Assembly (NCBI GenBank): GCA_963827235.1
Contig: CAWHAE010000009.1
Coordinates: 1 to 64,000, forward strand
Direction of reading: 5' to 3'
From: an uncultured bacterium
GTDB taxonomy: Bacteria; Chloroflexota; UBA5177; JANWHV01
Length of the DNA: 64,000 nt
The position numbers and the translations under genes were made by a program. How positions within the stretch are numbered: position 1 is the stretch's first letter; each line of letters opens with the position of its first letter. Positions 19,549 to 28,708 of this stretch are shown here, piece after piece. Below the pieces are notes generated by a model that saw only the letters and a list, made by a program, of their open reading frames with translations, was not told where the DNA came from and ran no database searches.

Positions 19549-22077
19549 TCACTCCGGCCCCGCGGGTTCCACCGTGGCCGGAGCATGGGCGCCGGCCGGC
19601 TCGATCCACAGCGGCCGGATATCGGCGATCGCACGGTCGAACAGCCCGGCCTGGCTCGTGGGGCGAAAGAGCTGCTCGAAATCTTCCGCGGTGAAGGCCT
19701 TGCGCAGGCGCGAGACGTAGGAAACCTGCAGCACGTTCAGGTAGTGCGCCACGTCGTACTCCGGCAGCGCGCCCGCCGGAGCCTGGGCCGCATCGGCCTC
19801 GCCGGGTCGAAACGTGTCGTTCTCCGGCGTGTCCGGAAGCCAGGTCGGCGAGCCGTCGGCAGCCCGGTAGAAGCGCACGTGCTCGCCGGCCCGCCAGCTC
19901 GAGCGCCCTGCCGCCAGCAGCGCTTCGTAGACCGCCTCCTTGGCCCGCGGCCGCGATCGAGTGTACTCCCCGGCCGATTTGCCCAGCCGGACCCCGGTGG
20001 CCACGTCTGCCGGGGACAGGCGCCTGCCGCGCAACGCCCCCACCGTCGCCACGTACGCCGCGCGCACGCCTTCCACGTCGTCCGCCAGCAGGGCACGTAG
20101 CGCCGTGGCAAGAAACTGCTCCCCGAACGCCTCCGTGCGGCTGGAGCGAAACGCGGCCCCGCGCATGATCAGCCGATCGTCGTAGGTCAGCAGAGCGTAA
20201 TTCTTGATCTCGTGGGCCAGCATGGACCGGTAACGCCCTTCGTAGTCGAGCTGGATGCCGTGCGGCAGGGCGGCAGCCACGGCCGCCACGCAGGCGCGTT
20301 CGTCCGCCTCGCTCCAGCCGTCCGGCACGCCGAAGTACACCCCGTCGGTGTCCGCTTCGAGCAGCGCCACGCCCCGCGCCGCCAGCCGATCGACGACTTC
20401 TCCCAGCAGCTCCCGGCCCCGGCGCGTCACCTCGTCCGCCGCCCGCCGATCGGCGAATAGCGCCATCTCTCCGGCGCCCATGTAGCCGTAGGCGGCGTTG
20501 ACCACGATTTTCATCGCCGCCTGCACCGCGTTGTGCTGGTGCGCGAGAGCGGAGCCGGCCGGCGCCAGCGCCGCTTGCCGCTTACGCTGGAGCCGCAGCT
20601 CGGTCAGGCGATCGACGAGATACAGCAGCGCGCCCAGCCGGTCGCAGGCTGGCCCGATACGAAACGTACGCATGATCGAGGGGTACATGGAGGCTACGTC
20701 CGCCTTGACCACGTGCCTGGCCACGCCACCGGCATAGAGAATCGTAGCCCCACCCTGGTGCGGCGCCAGCAGCGCGTCTCCGCCGGCCGCGTTACTGGGC
20801 AGGGCCAGGCCCTCGCGGAGGTAAGCACGGACAAGGAGCGGCTCCAGGATGCCCGTGGCCGGTCCGGCCGAGGCCACGCGCTCGTACCGGCGGGGAGCCA
20901 TCCCTGCCAGGGCGAACGCGGCGCCCATCAGCCGCCGCGAGAGACCGTCGACCTCGATCACGTCGTCCTGGGCGTATCGCCGGACTTGCTCCCTGTCACG
21001 CTGATAGGTGCGATAGATCTCCGGCCCGGCAATATAGGTGCGATCGGGCGCCGCCAGACCGAAATAGCGGGCCGCCGCCTTCAGCCCGTGGCTCTGGAGG
21101 GCCCTGTCCGTGAACGCATGGCGGCGCACCGCGTCCAGGGTGTCGATCAGCTCGCGCCCGGCCACGCTGTAGCGCACCCGCCGGCCTCGCCCCCAGCCGG
21201 CCGGCGCATCGTACCGCTCGAGCAGAGTCGGGCCTTCCTTCCGGCCCAGGTGGAGAGGCACGCCCAGCACGGCGGCGCGCTCGGCGAGAAAGGGCAGGTC
21301 GAAACCGAAGATGTTGTGGTTCTCGATCACGTCAGGATCGCGATCGCGGATGAGGGCGCACAGGTCGTCGATCAGCGCCGCTTCGTCCTCCGCTTCGGGC
21401 GCCTCGAGGAGCGTCTCCAGGCCGCGGCTATCGCGCACCGCGACCAGGAAGATGCGTCCCTGCCGGGGCGAGAGCGACGTCGTCTCCAGATCGAACTGCA
21501 GGCGATGCAGGTCGGCATAGGCCATGCCGCGGAAGCAGACCTTGCCGCTCGCCATCAGGTATTGCTCTACGGCGCCGACCTGGTAATACTCGTGCGAGAG
21601 ATCGGCAACCCGGCGGACGTCGCGCCCCAATCGCGACCGCGCTCCGGCCAGGACCGCCCGCTGCAATGCGCGGCCGTCGCTTGCCGAGAGCACGTGGCGC
21701 AACGAGCCCGGCGGCCCATCCATCACGCGGTAGGTAAAGGGCGCGTTCTCGCGGGCTGCCGCCCCCTCTTCGGTCACCGCATCGCCGAGGTCCCGCATGT
21801 CGAAAGAGCCCGCCCCGTCGCCGAGCACCGCCCTCTCCTCGGCCACCGCGTGGCCGAGATGCCGCACGTCCTCGAGACTCGCCGCGTAGAGCCACGGCCT
21901 GTAGCGGCTCTCGGTGCAGAACACGCCTTCGCCGGTGCGCTGCCAGACCAGCGCCCGGCCGTTGCGGTCCGCCCAGACGGACACAATCCCCGGCATGGGA
22001 TCCCAGCCGAACAACCAGGAGTCGTTTGCAGGCAAGGCGCCGGGCGCCGGCGACCCGGTAGTCACGGCTTGCGCCAC
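19549..22077 (-). CDS. polB: Family B DNA polymerase with 3'-5' exonuclease
   Basis: ExoI FDLET, ExoII HNIFGFDLPFL, ExoIII YAQDD; polymerase motifs DVASMYPS, KIVVNAAYGY, ADTDG. GTG 22077 follows a GAGGGAG RBS. Confidence 0.92.
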   Translation of the reverse strand: MAQAVTTGSPAPGALPANDSWLFGWDPMPGIVSVWADRNGRALVWQRTGEGVFCTESRYRPWLYAASLEDVRHLGHAVAEERAVLGDGAGSFDMRDLGDAVTEEGAAARENAPFTYRVMDGPPGSLRHVLSASDGRALQRAVLAGARSRLGRDVRRVADLSHEYYQVGAVEQYLMASGKVCFRGMAYADLHRLQFDLETTSLSPRQGRIFLVAVRDSRGLETLLEAPEAEDEAALIDDLCALIRDRDPDVIENHNIFGFDLPFLAERAAVLGVPLHLGRKEGPTLLERYDAPAGWGRGRRVRYSVAGRELIDTLDAVRRHAFTDRALQSHGLKAAARYFGLAAPDRTYIAGPEIYRTYQRDREQVRRYAQDDVIEVDGLSRRLMGAAFALAGMAPRRYERVASAGPATGILEPLLVRAYLREGLALPSNAAGGDALLAPHQGGATILYAGGVARHVVKADVASMYPSIMRTFRIGPACDRLGALLYLVDRLTELRLQRKRQAALAPAGSALAHQHNAVQAAMKIVVNAAYGYMGAGEMALFADRRAADEVTRRGRELLGEVVDRLAARGVALLEADTDGVYFGVPDGWSEADERACVAAVAAALPHGIQLDYEGRYRSMLAHEIKNYALLTYDDRLIMRGAAFRSSRTEAFGEQFLATALRALLADDVEGVRAAYVATVGALRGRRLSPADVATGVRLGKSAGEYTRSRPRAKEAVYEALLAAGRSSWRAGEHVRFYRAADGSPTWLPDTPENDTFRPGEADAAQAPAGALPEYDVAHYLNVLQVSYVSRLRKAFTAEDFEQLFRPTSQAGLFDRAIADIRPLWIEPAGAHAPATVEPAGPE

Positions 22078-22758
22078 GCCATGCTCTCCCTCATGCAGAT
22101 CCGTCACGCCCGGCGCCCAGTCGCGCCCGATCCCGCGCATGCGTGCCGTCACCAGTGTCACACATCCCGGTGCCGTGCGCAGCGCCTTCGTTAACACACA
22201 TGTGACGAGCAGATGCTTGCCGTCGCGATGCCCGCCACGTTCGTGGCTGTCGTGATGTCCCGGACTCTGCCCCGCGTGAGCAGTTGCCGCCGTGACGCCC
22301 CGAGCGGCACAGGTAGAGTGATCGCAGTGCTGCTTCCCATGGTGGACTTGTTCGTGCGTTGGCGGCTTGCCCATAGAGCGGCAAACGAGCTTCATCTCGG
22401 TTTCTCCGAGAACGCCTGAGGGCAGCCATCACACCACTTGCCGGGGCAATGGAGCAGTTGCCCGACGTGCATCTTTGTGCGTGGTGGCAACCGTCACACC
22501 ATGACGCGCTATTGGCTTCTCTTCTGGGAAACAAGTGAGGGGCGCATGTCCCGCGCGGGACATGCGACGGGCCTTTCTGGTGAGACAGCTGCGAGACGTG
22601 CGCGCACAGCAGGTGAGAGAGGGGAGCACCGCGGGTGGCCCGTGTTGGGCTCCGAGGCTCGTGACTCCTGCAGGAAGCTCTATACTGGGTGCAAGCAGCA
22701 TGCCGCGGGCAGGCGCCGGCTTGCGGTGGTCGCGTGCAGTGCACGAAAGGAGTGTCAC

Positions 22759-23796
22759 GTGGCTCGATCAGCGATCCGTCCGCAGCAGCAGACAGTGGCG
22801 GCACGGCTGATGCTAGCAGGCGTCGTGATCCTGGCTGTTGCGGTGTTGGCTTGTCCGCTGCGCGGTGCGGTGCAGGCGGCCGTAGTCAACCACATCGCTG
22901 CCCTGTCGTGTCCCACTGTCACATCCTGCGTCGCGGTGACCGGGGATGGCGCTATCGCGCTGACCAACAGCGCGGGCGCGCATTGGGCGATAGCGCGGGC
23001 GCCAGCGGGCACGGCGCTGGCCGGTGTTGCCTGCGCGAGTGCGCGCTTCTGTGTGGCCGTGGGGGACAGGGGCAGCATCCTGGTCTCGAGCGGCGGCGCG
23101 ACGTGGGCGGCTCGCTCGTCGCATGTGACAGCGCGACTCAACAGCATCAGCTGTGGCTCCCCGACGACGTGCGTCGCGGTGGGGGCACTGGGCACCATCG
23201 TGACTAGTGCTGACGCCGCCGAGACGTGGACAGCGCGTCGGTCGGGGACCCAACGTGATCTGCGCGCCGTGAGCTGCGCCGACAAGCGGCGATGCGTGGT
23301 CGTGGGCGACGCTGCCGCCGGCGCCGCAGCGCGGGTACTCACGACAGCGGACGGGGGCGCGACGTGGGCCAAGCGGCCCTCCGGCAGCACCAGTAGTCTG
23401 TATGGCGTGAGCTGCGCGAGCGCGGCAGCCTGTGCCGCGGTCGGGCAACACGGCACACTGCTGGCGAGCCGGGATGGCGGCAGCAGCTGGCGTGCGGGGC
23501 GCGCGAACGTGGATGCCGCCCTGCGCAGTGTGAGCTGTCCGTCTACGGCACGCTGTCTGGCCGTCGGCTTCTACGTGGCCACGCCCGGCGTCACGCCGGG
23601 CACCTGGGCGCTGGTGCTGAGCACGGATGGCGGGGCGACCTGGACCGGCCCGGCCGCGGCGGCCATAGCCGGCGCGCTCTACGGCGAGATGCTCACCGTG
23701 GCGGTGAGCTGTCCGACCGTCCACACCTGCTTTGTGGCTGGACGAGATTTCCTGGTCAGCCACGATGGCGGTGCCAACTGGAGCCGGGTGGGCTAA
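22759..23796 (+). CDS. Secreted Cys-rich beta-propeller protein with BNR/Asp-box (Ycf48-like) repeats
   Basis: AAAGGAG RBS, hydrophobic signal peptide, about 7 repeats of xSC-x5-C-x-AVG and S/T-x-DGG-x-[TS]W. Confidence 0.75.
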   Translation: MARSAIRPQQQTVAARLMLAGVVILAVAVLACPLRGAVQAAVVNHIAALSCPTVTSCVAVTGDGAIALTNSAGAHWAIARAPAGTALAGVACASARFCVAVGDRGSILVSSGGATWAARSSHVTARLNSISCGSPTTCVAVGALGTIVTSADAAETWTARRSGTQRDLRAVSCADKRRCVVVGDAAAGAAARVLTTADGGATWAKRPSGSTSSLYGVSCASAAACAAVGQHGTLLASRDGGSSWRAGRANVDAALRSVSCPSTARCLAVGFYVATPGVTPGTWALVLSTDGGATWTGPAAAAIAGALYGEMLTVAVSCPTVHTCFVAGRDFLVSHDGGANWSRVG

Positions 23797-24249
23797 GCGA
23801 GGCATGGTCATAACTCACAGGACATATCGCCTCCAACTGGAGCGCACGCACACTTGACTCGATGGCTTGGGGCACACCCGCGCGATGATGTACGGCGCGC
23901 TGGCGTGCACGGCGCGTCGCACGGCGTGCTGGCCGAGATGCTGTCGGACCGGCGGGTCAATCCGAATCTTCATGCACACGATTCTGGCACCGCAGAGCGC
24001 AGATCGTGGCTGCGAATCCAGTGCTGTCGACGATCCAGTACGAGCCCGATGTGGCCGCATATCGCAAGCGACAGGGCGGCGGCCAGTCCTCTTCGCTCCT
24101 TCACACGTGTACTCATCCGCGTCCAGCATCGGCATGGACCGCCGAGCTTACAGCACCATCCTTGCTGCCGTCTTTGTACACCGAGTGACCGTGCTTGAGC
24201 AGCAGGAGGCGACCAGCCCATACGACGTGACACTGGCTGGCTATGGGGA

Positions 24250-25020
24250 TCAGGACGCCGACTTGAGGTGCCGATCGAAGAACGCGACGATCCGGCTCCT
24301 CGCATCGGCGGCCGCCTGAGCGTTGTAGCCGAACCCAATCAGCGGCTTGGAGACGAGGCCGACGATGGTGAAGAGACGGGGCAGCGCCGCGTCCGGACCG
24401 GCCGCGCCGCGGAAAGTAGCCAATGCCCCAGGATGGTTGTTCAGGAACGAGTGCCCGACATTCGGGTAGATCTTCACCTCGTTGTCGATCCCGTTGGCGT
24501 CCAGGATCCGCTTGAGGCGCGCTGGTGCGTCGCCGACGGAGCGGTCCCGCGAGCCGTAGCTCGCGACCACGGGGCAGGCACGCTGCAAGAGCGACTCGGC
24601 GTTCTTGGGCAGCGCCCCATAGTTGACGCTGGCGGCCGAGAAGCCGTGCCCGGCGGCGAGTAGGAGGGCGAAGCCGCCGCCCATGCAAAAGCCAATCACG
24701 CCGATGCGCCCGGAGCAGCCTTCCTGCCCGGCGAGCCAGTTGCGCGTGGCGTCGATGTCGTCGAAGGCCGGTCCATGCCCGGCCACGGCGTCCCGAATCG
24801 TCGCGACCACGCAGCGGACCTTGCCGTTCCACGAGTACAGGTCGGGGCCTACTGCAAGGTAGCCCGCTTGTGCCAGCCAGTCGGCCTGTGCGCGCAGGTC
24901 GGGGCTCATCCCGACGGCGTCATGAATCACCACGACGCCCGGCCAGGGTCCGGGGGCTGCCGGTTGCGCCAAGTAGCCGCGCAACCCGCGGCGCGGAGTC
25001 GGGATTGCCACCTCGCCCAT
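24250..25020 (-). CDS. Dienelactone hydrolase family protein
   Basis: GVVVIHD, IGFCMGG nucleophile elbow, YPNVGHSF. Confidence 0.92.
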   Translation of the reverse strand: MGEVAIPTPRRGLRGYLAQPAAPGPWPGVVVIHDAVGMSPDLRAQADWLAQAGYLAVGPDLYSWNGKVRCVVATIRDAVAGHGPAFDDIDATRNWLAGQEGCSGRIGVIGFCMGGGFALLLAAGHGFSAASVNYGALPKNAESLLQRACPVVASYGSRDRSVGDAPARLKRILDANGIDNEVKIYPNVGHSFLNNHPGALATFRGAAGPDAALPRLFTIVGLVSKPLIGFGYNAQAAADARSRIVAFFDRHLKSAS

Positions 25021-25710
25021 AGGGACCCCTCCCTAGCTCTCTTCGCGCATACCTCAGCACGGCACCGTGTCAGGCGGACCACCCAGGTCGCGTCCTCAAT
25101 CGCGGCGGGACTTGCAGGACTCGGTGAAAACAGACAGACCAACTGGCCACGCCGCGCCCAGCTCCGTGGGCCGTGACCGAACGGCGAACCCTCGCAGGCC
25201 TGCCATGGCTTGTCTCGCCCGGCCCATGCTGTGTGCGTGTCGGATCCGCCCTGCGACGCCGGCACGCTCAGTTCCAGTATGCCAGTGCAGGTAGACGGGG
25301 GTGCGGTCTGCCGATGGATTGTGCCGTTTGACCTGGGCACAGTTACGCTGCCTGTGTCTCACACTGAGCTGCTCCCGCCGGCTGTGCAGCTCACGCAATC
25401 GGTGCGTCGCGCGAGCAAGGCGGGTAGATGACGCCGGCCGCCTGGAGCCAGGGAGGCTCGGGATATGGGTTGCGTTCGATCGCAGAGCCGGCAGCACTAC
25501 TACGCCCGACGGGCGCCGGCCTCGCTGAGCCCCGGCACGTGCCGCGGGTTGGCTTTGGCAGGTCGACGAGCGGCACATATCGCCCGAGCACCATCGCAGC
25601 AGTGGTACACTGGCGTCAATCCGACCGTTGCACGGGACAAGGCGCTCGCCATCCACGCGAAGCAGCCGCGATCTGCAGCAGCAGACTGTGCTATACGAGA
25701 GGCTAGACAC

Positions 25711-27762
25711 ATGCGAAGCAGCCGTCTTGCCTTGGTCGCCGGTATGACGCTATCCCTTTGCCTGCAATCGCCCGGCACGCCGGCGATGGCGGCCGCTGGC
25801 TGGATGAGCTGCCGTGATAGCACTCCCGGGGCCATCCGCCCGGACGGCTTGTTTCACGACAGCGGCCCCCTGTACTTGCAGCCGAGCGCGCCCGGCCCGC
25901 ACAGTCCGGTGACGCTGACCTTCCGCACCGACGCCTGTGATGTGCAGACCGTCAGTCTGCAGTACCGGCTGACCGCCGACGAGACGAGCGTTCATACGGT
26001 GGCGATGCGTGACGTCGGCCACGACCAGACCGGGCGCTACGACCTGTGGCGTGCCACGATTCGGACTGGAGCGGCCGGCTCGCTGCTCACCTATCGGTTT
26101 GAGCTGCGGGACGGCGCCGCTGTCGAGTACTACGGCTCGCAGGGTGTGGGCGCTCCGTACTGGGTGGGCAAGTTCGCCATCGCGCCGGGCTTCCAGACGC
26201 CGGCCTGGACGCCGGGCGCCATCTTCTACCAGATCTTTCCGGACCGTTTCAAGAACGGGAATCCGCGGAATGACGTGAAGACAGGGGAATACCTCTACCA
26301 GGGTAAGCCTGTGCTCGCTCGGCCGTGGACTGCACTGCCGGAGAATCCAGGGCTGGCACGGGACTTCTTCGGTGGCGACCTGGCAGGCATCAGTCAGGAG
26401 ATCATTCCCTACTTGAAGCAGACCCTGGGTGTCACTGCACTCTATCTCACCCCGATCTTCCAGTCGCTCAGCAACCACAAGTACGACACGCAAGACTACT
26501 TCAAGGTCGACCCGCACTTCGGGACCAACGCCGACCTGGTGGCACTGATTCAGCGGGCGCATAGCACGTCGGCATACCAGGGCGATTACCCCATGCGGAT
26601 CGTGCTTGACGGCGCCTTCGCCTACACCGGAGACAGCATCGCGTGGTTCAACAAAGAGCGGCTGTATCCGGCAATCGGTGCCTACAACACCAGGACGAGC
26701 CCGTACTACTCCTTCTACATCTTCTCGCAGTGGCCCGATCAGTATGACCAGTTCGACCACGGCTGCTGCCCCACCATGGTGCGCCTGAACTACAGCACGC
26801 CCGCTGTGCGGGACATCATCTATCGCTTGCCGCACTCGGTGATGCAGACCTATCTCCGAGCACCGTTCGGCATCGATGGCTGGCGGCTGGACAGTGGCAA
26901 CGAGCTGGGCAGTGCCGGAGGCACCGATGACAACAGCGGGATCTACCAGCAGATGCGGGCGGTCGCGAAGTCGGTAGCACCGCAATCGTTGATGGTGGGC
27001 GAGGTCGCCCCGGAATCGTTGCCACTGGTATGGGGTACTGCGCAGCCGTGGCTGGACGGGACGCAATGGGACGGAGCGATGAACTACGCCGGGTTCACGT
27101 ACCCGGTCTCAGAGTGGATCACGGGCGAGGATGCCACCGGTACGCCCAGTGCTCTGAAGACCGCGGGCCTGAATGCCACGCTCATGAGTTCCCTCAATGC
27201 GATACCGCGGCCGGCGCAGCTGGCGATGCTCAACTCGCTCTCGACCCACGATATCCCGCGCTTTCTCTACCGTGCAGGCGGAAACGCGGGGAAGCTCGGC
27301 CTGGCGGACATCCTGCAGATGACGGCTGTGGGCATGCCGTCCGTCTACTACGGAGACGAGATCGGCATGACCGGTGCCACCGACCCCGACAATCGTCGCC
27401 CCTTCGACTGGAACACGAAGGACTGGAACCGCACGCTGCTCCGACTCACGCAGCAGCTTATTGCCTTGCGCAAGTCAACGCCGGTGCTGACCACGGGGTC
27501 GTTTGCCGGCTTGCTCCTGGACGACACGCATGCCGGCTATGCGTTCGGCCGTTGGCAGGCAGGGCAGCGCGCCGTGGTCGTGTTGAACGACGACCGGCGC
27601 CCGCACAGCTACACGATTGACGTCGCGCCGGTCGAAGCGCTGCCCGGGAGCCACTGGCGGGATGCTCTGCGTGGCGGCGTGGTGTCGACCTCAGCCAGAG
27701 ATACGGTGACCATTACCCTTGGGGCCTATAGCGGGACGGTGCTGGTGCAGACGGCGCCCTAA
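25711..27762 (+). CDS. Secreted GH13 (neopullulanase / maltodextrin glucosidase-like) with an N-terminal Ig-like domain
   Basis: Signal peptide, FYQIFPDRF, GGDLAGI, SNHKYDT, GWRLD, VGE, THD, YYGDEIG. Confidence 0.9.
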   Translation: MRSSRLALVAGMTLSLCLQSPGTPAMAAAGWMSCRDSTPGAIRPDGLFHDSGPLYLQPSAPGPHSPVTLTFRTDACDVQTVSLQYRLTADETSVHTVAMRDVGHDQTGRYDLWRATIRTGAAGSLLTYRFELRDGAAVEYYGSQGVGAPYWVGKFAIAPGFQTPAWTPGAIFYQIFPDRFKNGNPRNDVKTGEYLYQGKPVLARPWTALPENPGLARDFFGGDLAGISQEIIPYLKQTLGVTALYLTPIFQSLSNHKYDTQDYFKVDPHFGTNADLVALIQRAHSTSAYQGDYPMRIVLDGAFAYTGDSIAWFNKERLYPAIGAYNTRTSPYYSFYIFSQWPDQYDQFDHGCCPTMVRLNYSTPAVRDIIYRLPHSVMQTYLRAPFGIDGWRLDSGNELGSAGGTDDNSGIYQQMRAVAKSVAPQSLMVGEVAPESLPLVWGTAQPWLDGTQWDGAMNYAGFTYPVSEWITGEDATGTPSALKTAGLNATLMSSLNAIPRPAQLAMLNSLSTHDIPRFLYRAGGNAGKLGLADILQMTAVGMPSVYYGDEIGMTGATDPDNRRPFDWNTKDWNRTLLRLTQQLIALRKSTPVLTTGSFAGLLLDDTHAGYAFGRWQAGQRAVVVLNDDRRPHSYTIDVAPVEALPGSHWRDALRGGVVSTSARDTVTITLGAYSGTVLVQTAP

Positions 27763-27914
27763 CGCACTCGGGGTGCTTGCCTCGTACAGCGTCATCGACA
27801 GGCAGCCCAGATGGCAGCAGTCAAGCCTGGTTGAATTGAGCGAAGTGGTCCAGGAAACAGGACCTGCCGTGCAGCCTCATACCCGACTGCATGTCCCGCT
27901 ATCTGGCGGCGCGT

Positions 27915-28544
27915 TCAGCTCGCTCCGTCAGGACCGGGGTGAGGGCCGCCCGCGCGCTCCTGCTGGGCCAACGCTTCGAGCCCGGCGACGACAAAAGTGG
28001 CGAGGGCGCTGCGCAGCGCTTCCCTATCGCCATCCGCGGTCGCTATGCTGGCGTACTCGTCCATCGCGCCAACGACCGCGGCAAGGGCAATACGCACGGT
28101 ATAGCCGTCCCTCGGCAGTCCATACTGGTCGATCAGGACCTGAGCAGCGGCCCGCAGCGCATCCTCCGTATACATGCTGCGTAGCGCGCGCAACGCCGGA
28201 TTAGCGGCGAACATCGCCGCCCGCAGCAGCCGCAGCTCCGGATCGGTCCGCTTGTCCTCCTCGCGCAGCCAGCAGCTGAATACATCGAACAGTGATTCAT
28301 CGGCACGCAACTCGGCTATCCTGGTCATCGCGCGCTGCACCGCTTCGCGGACGTGGGCCAGCGCGAGGTCAATCTTCGAGGGAAAGTACAGGGACACGGT
28401 GCGTGGGGCGACCTCCGCCGCCCCGGCGATGTCGTTGATCGTCGTCGCCTCGAAGCCGTTCGTCGCAAACAGGCGCATCGCCGTCCGCTCAATGACATCG
28501 CGGCGACGCGCTTTCGATCGCTCACGCAACGACAGTGCTGCCAT
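27915..28544 (-). CDS. TetR family transcriptional regulator
   Basis: LFATNGFEATTINDIAGAAEVAPRTVSLYFPSK HTH. Confidence 0.92.
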   Translation of the reverse strand: MAALSLRERSKARRRDVIERTAMRLFATNGFEATTINDIAGAAEVAPRTVSLYFPSKIDLALAHVREAVQRAMTRIAELRADESLFDVFSCWLREEDKRTDPELRLLRAAMFAANPALRALRSMYTEDALRAAAQVLIDQYGLPRDGYTVRIALAAVVGAMDEYASIATADGDREALRSALATFVVAGLEALAQQERAGGPHPGPDGAS

Positions 28545-28566
28545 GGCAGTATTCTACCATACAGCG

Positions 28567-28605
28567 CAAACTTGCAGGTAACGGTAAAACTGCAGTATAG
28601 TGTAG
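28567..28605 (+). promoter_or_regulatory. Promoter/operator of the tetR-mmpL divergon
   Basis: TTGCAG, 18 nt spacer, TATAGT, overlapped by the repeat AAACTTGCAGGTA / AAACTGCAGTA. Confidence 0.4.
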
Positions 28606-28708
28606 ACGATTCATGGGCAGGCACAAGCGGCCGGCATGGCCACGCCGGGCTTCCGCGCGGGGTCAGCCGCGCGTCAGGCAGCGAGCCGAGCGAGAAGGAA
28701 GGCTCTGG

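Noticed and set aside
22185-22210. Possible LexA box upstream of polB (TAACACACATGTGAC)
   Set aside because: Too far from GAAC-N4-GTTC to support.
19549-23796. Prophage, casposon or pipolin around polB
   Set aside because: No integrase, Cas1, terminal repeats or virion genes seen.
23800-24249. Coding-like patches in several frames
   Set aside because: No family recognised; possibly a decayed gene, but this cannot be supported.
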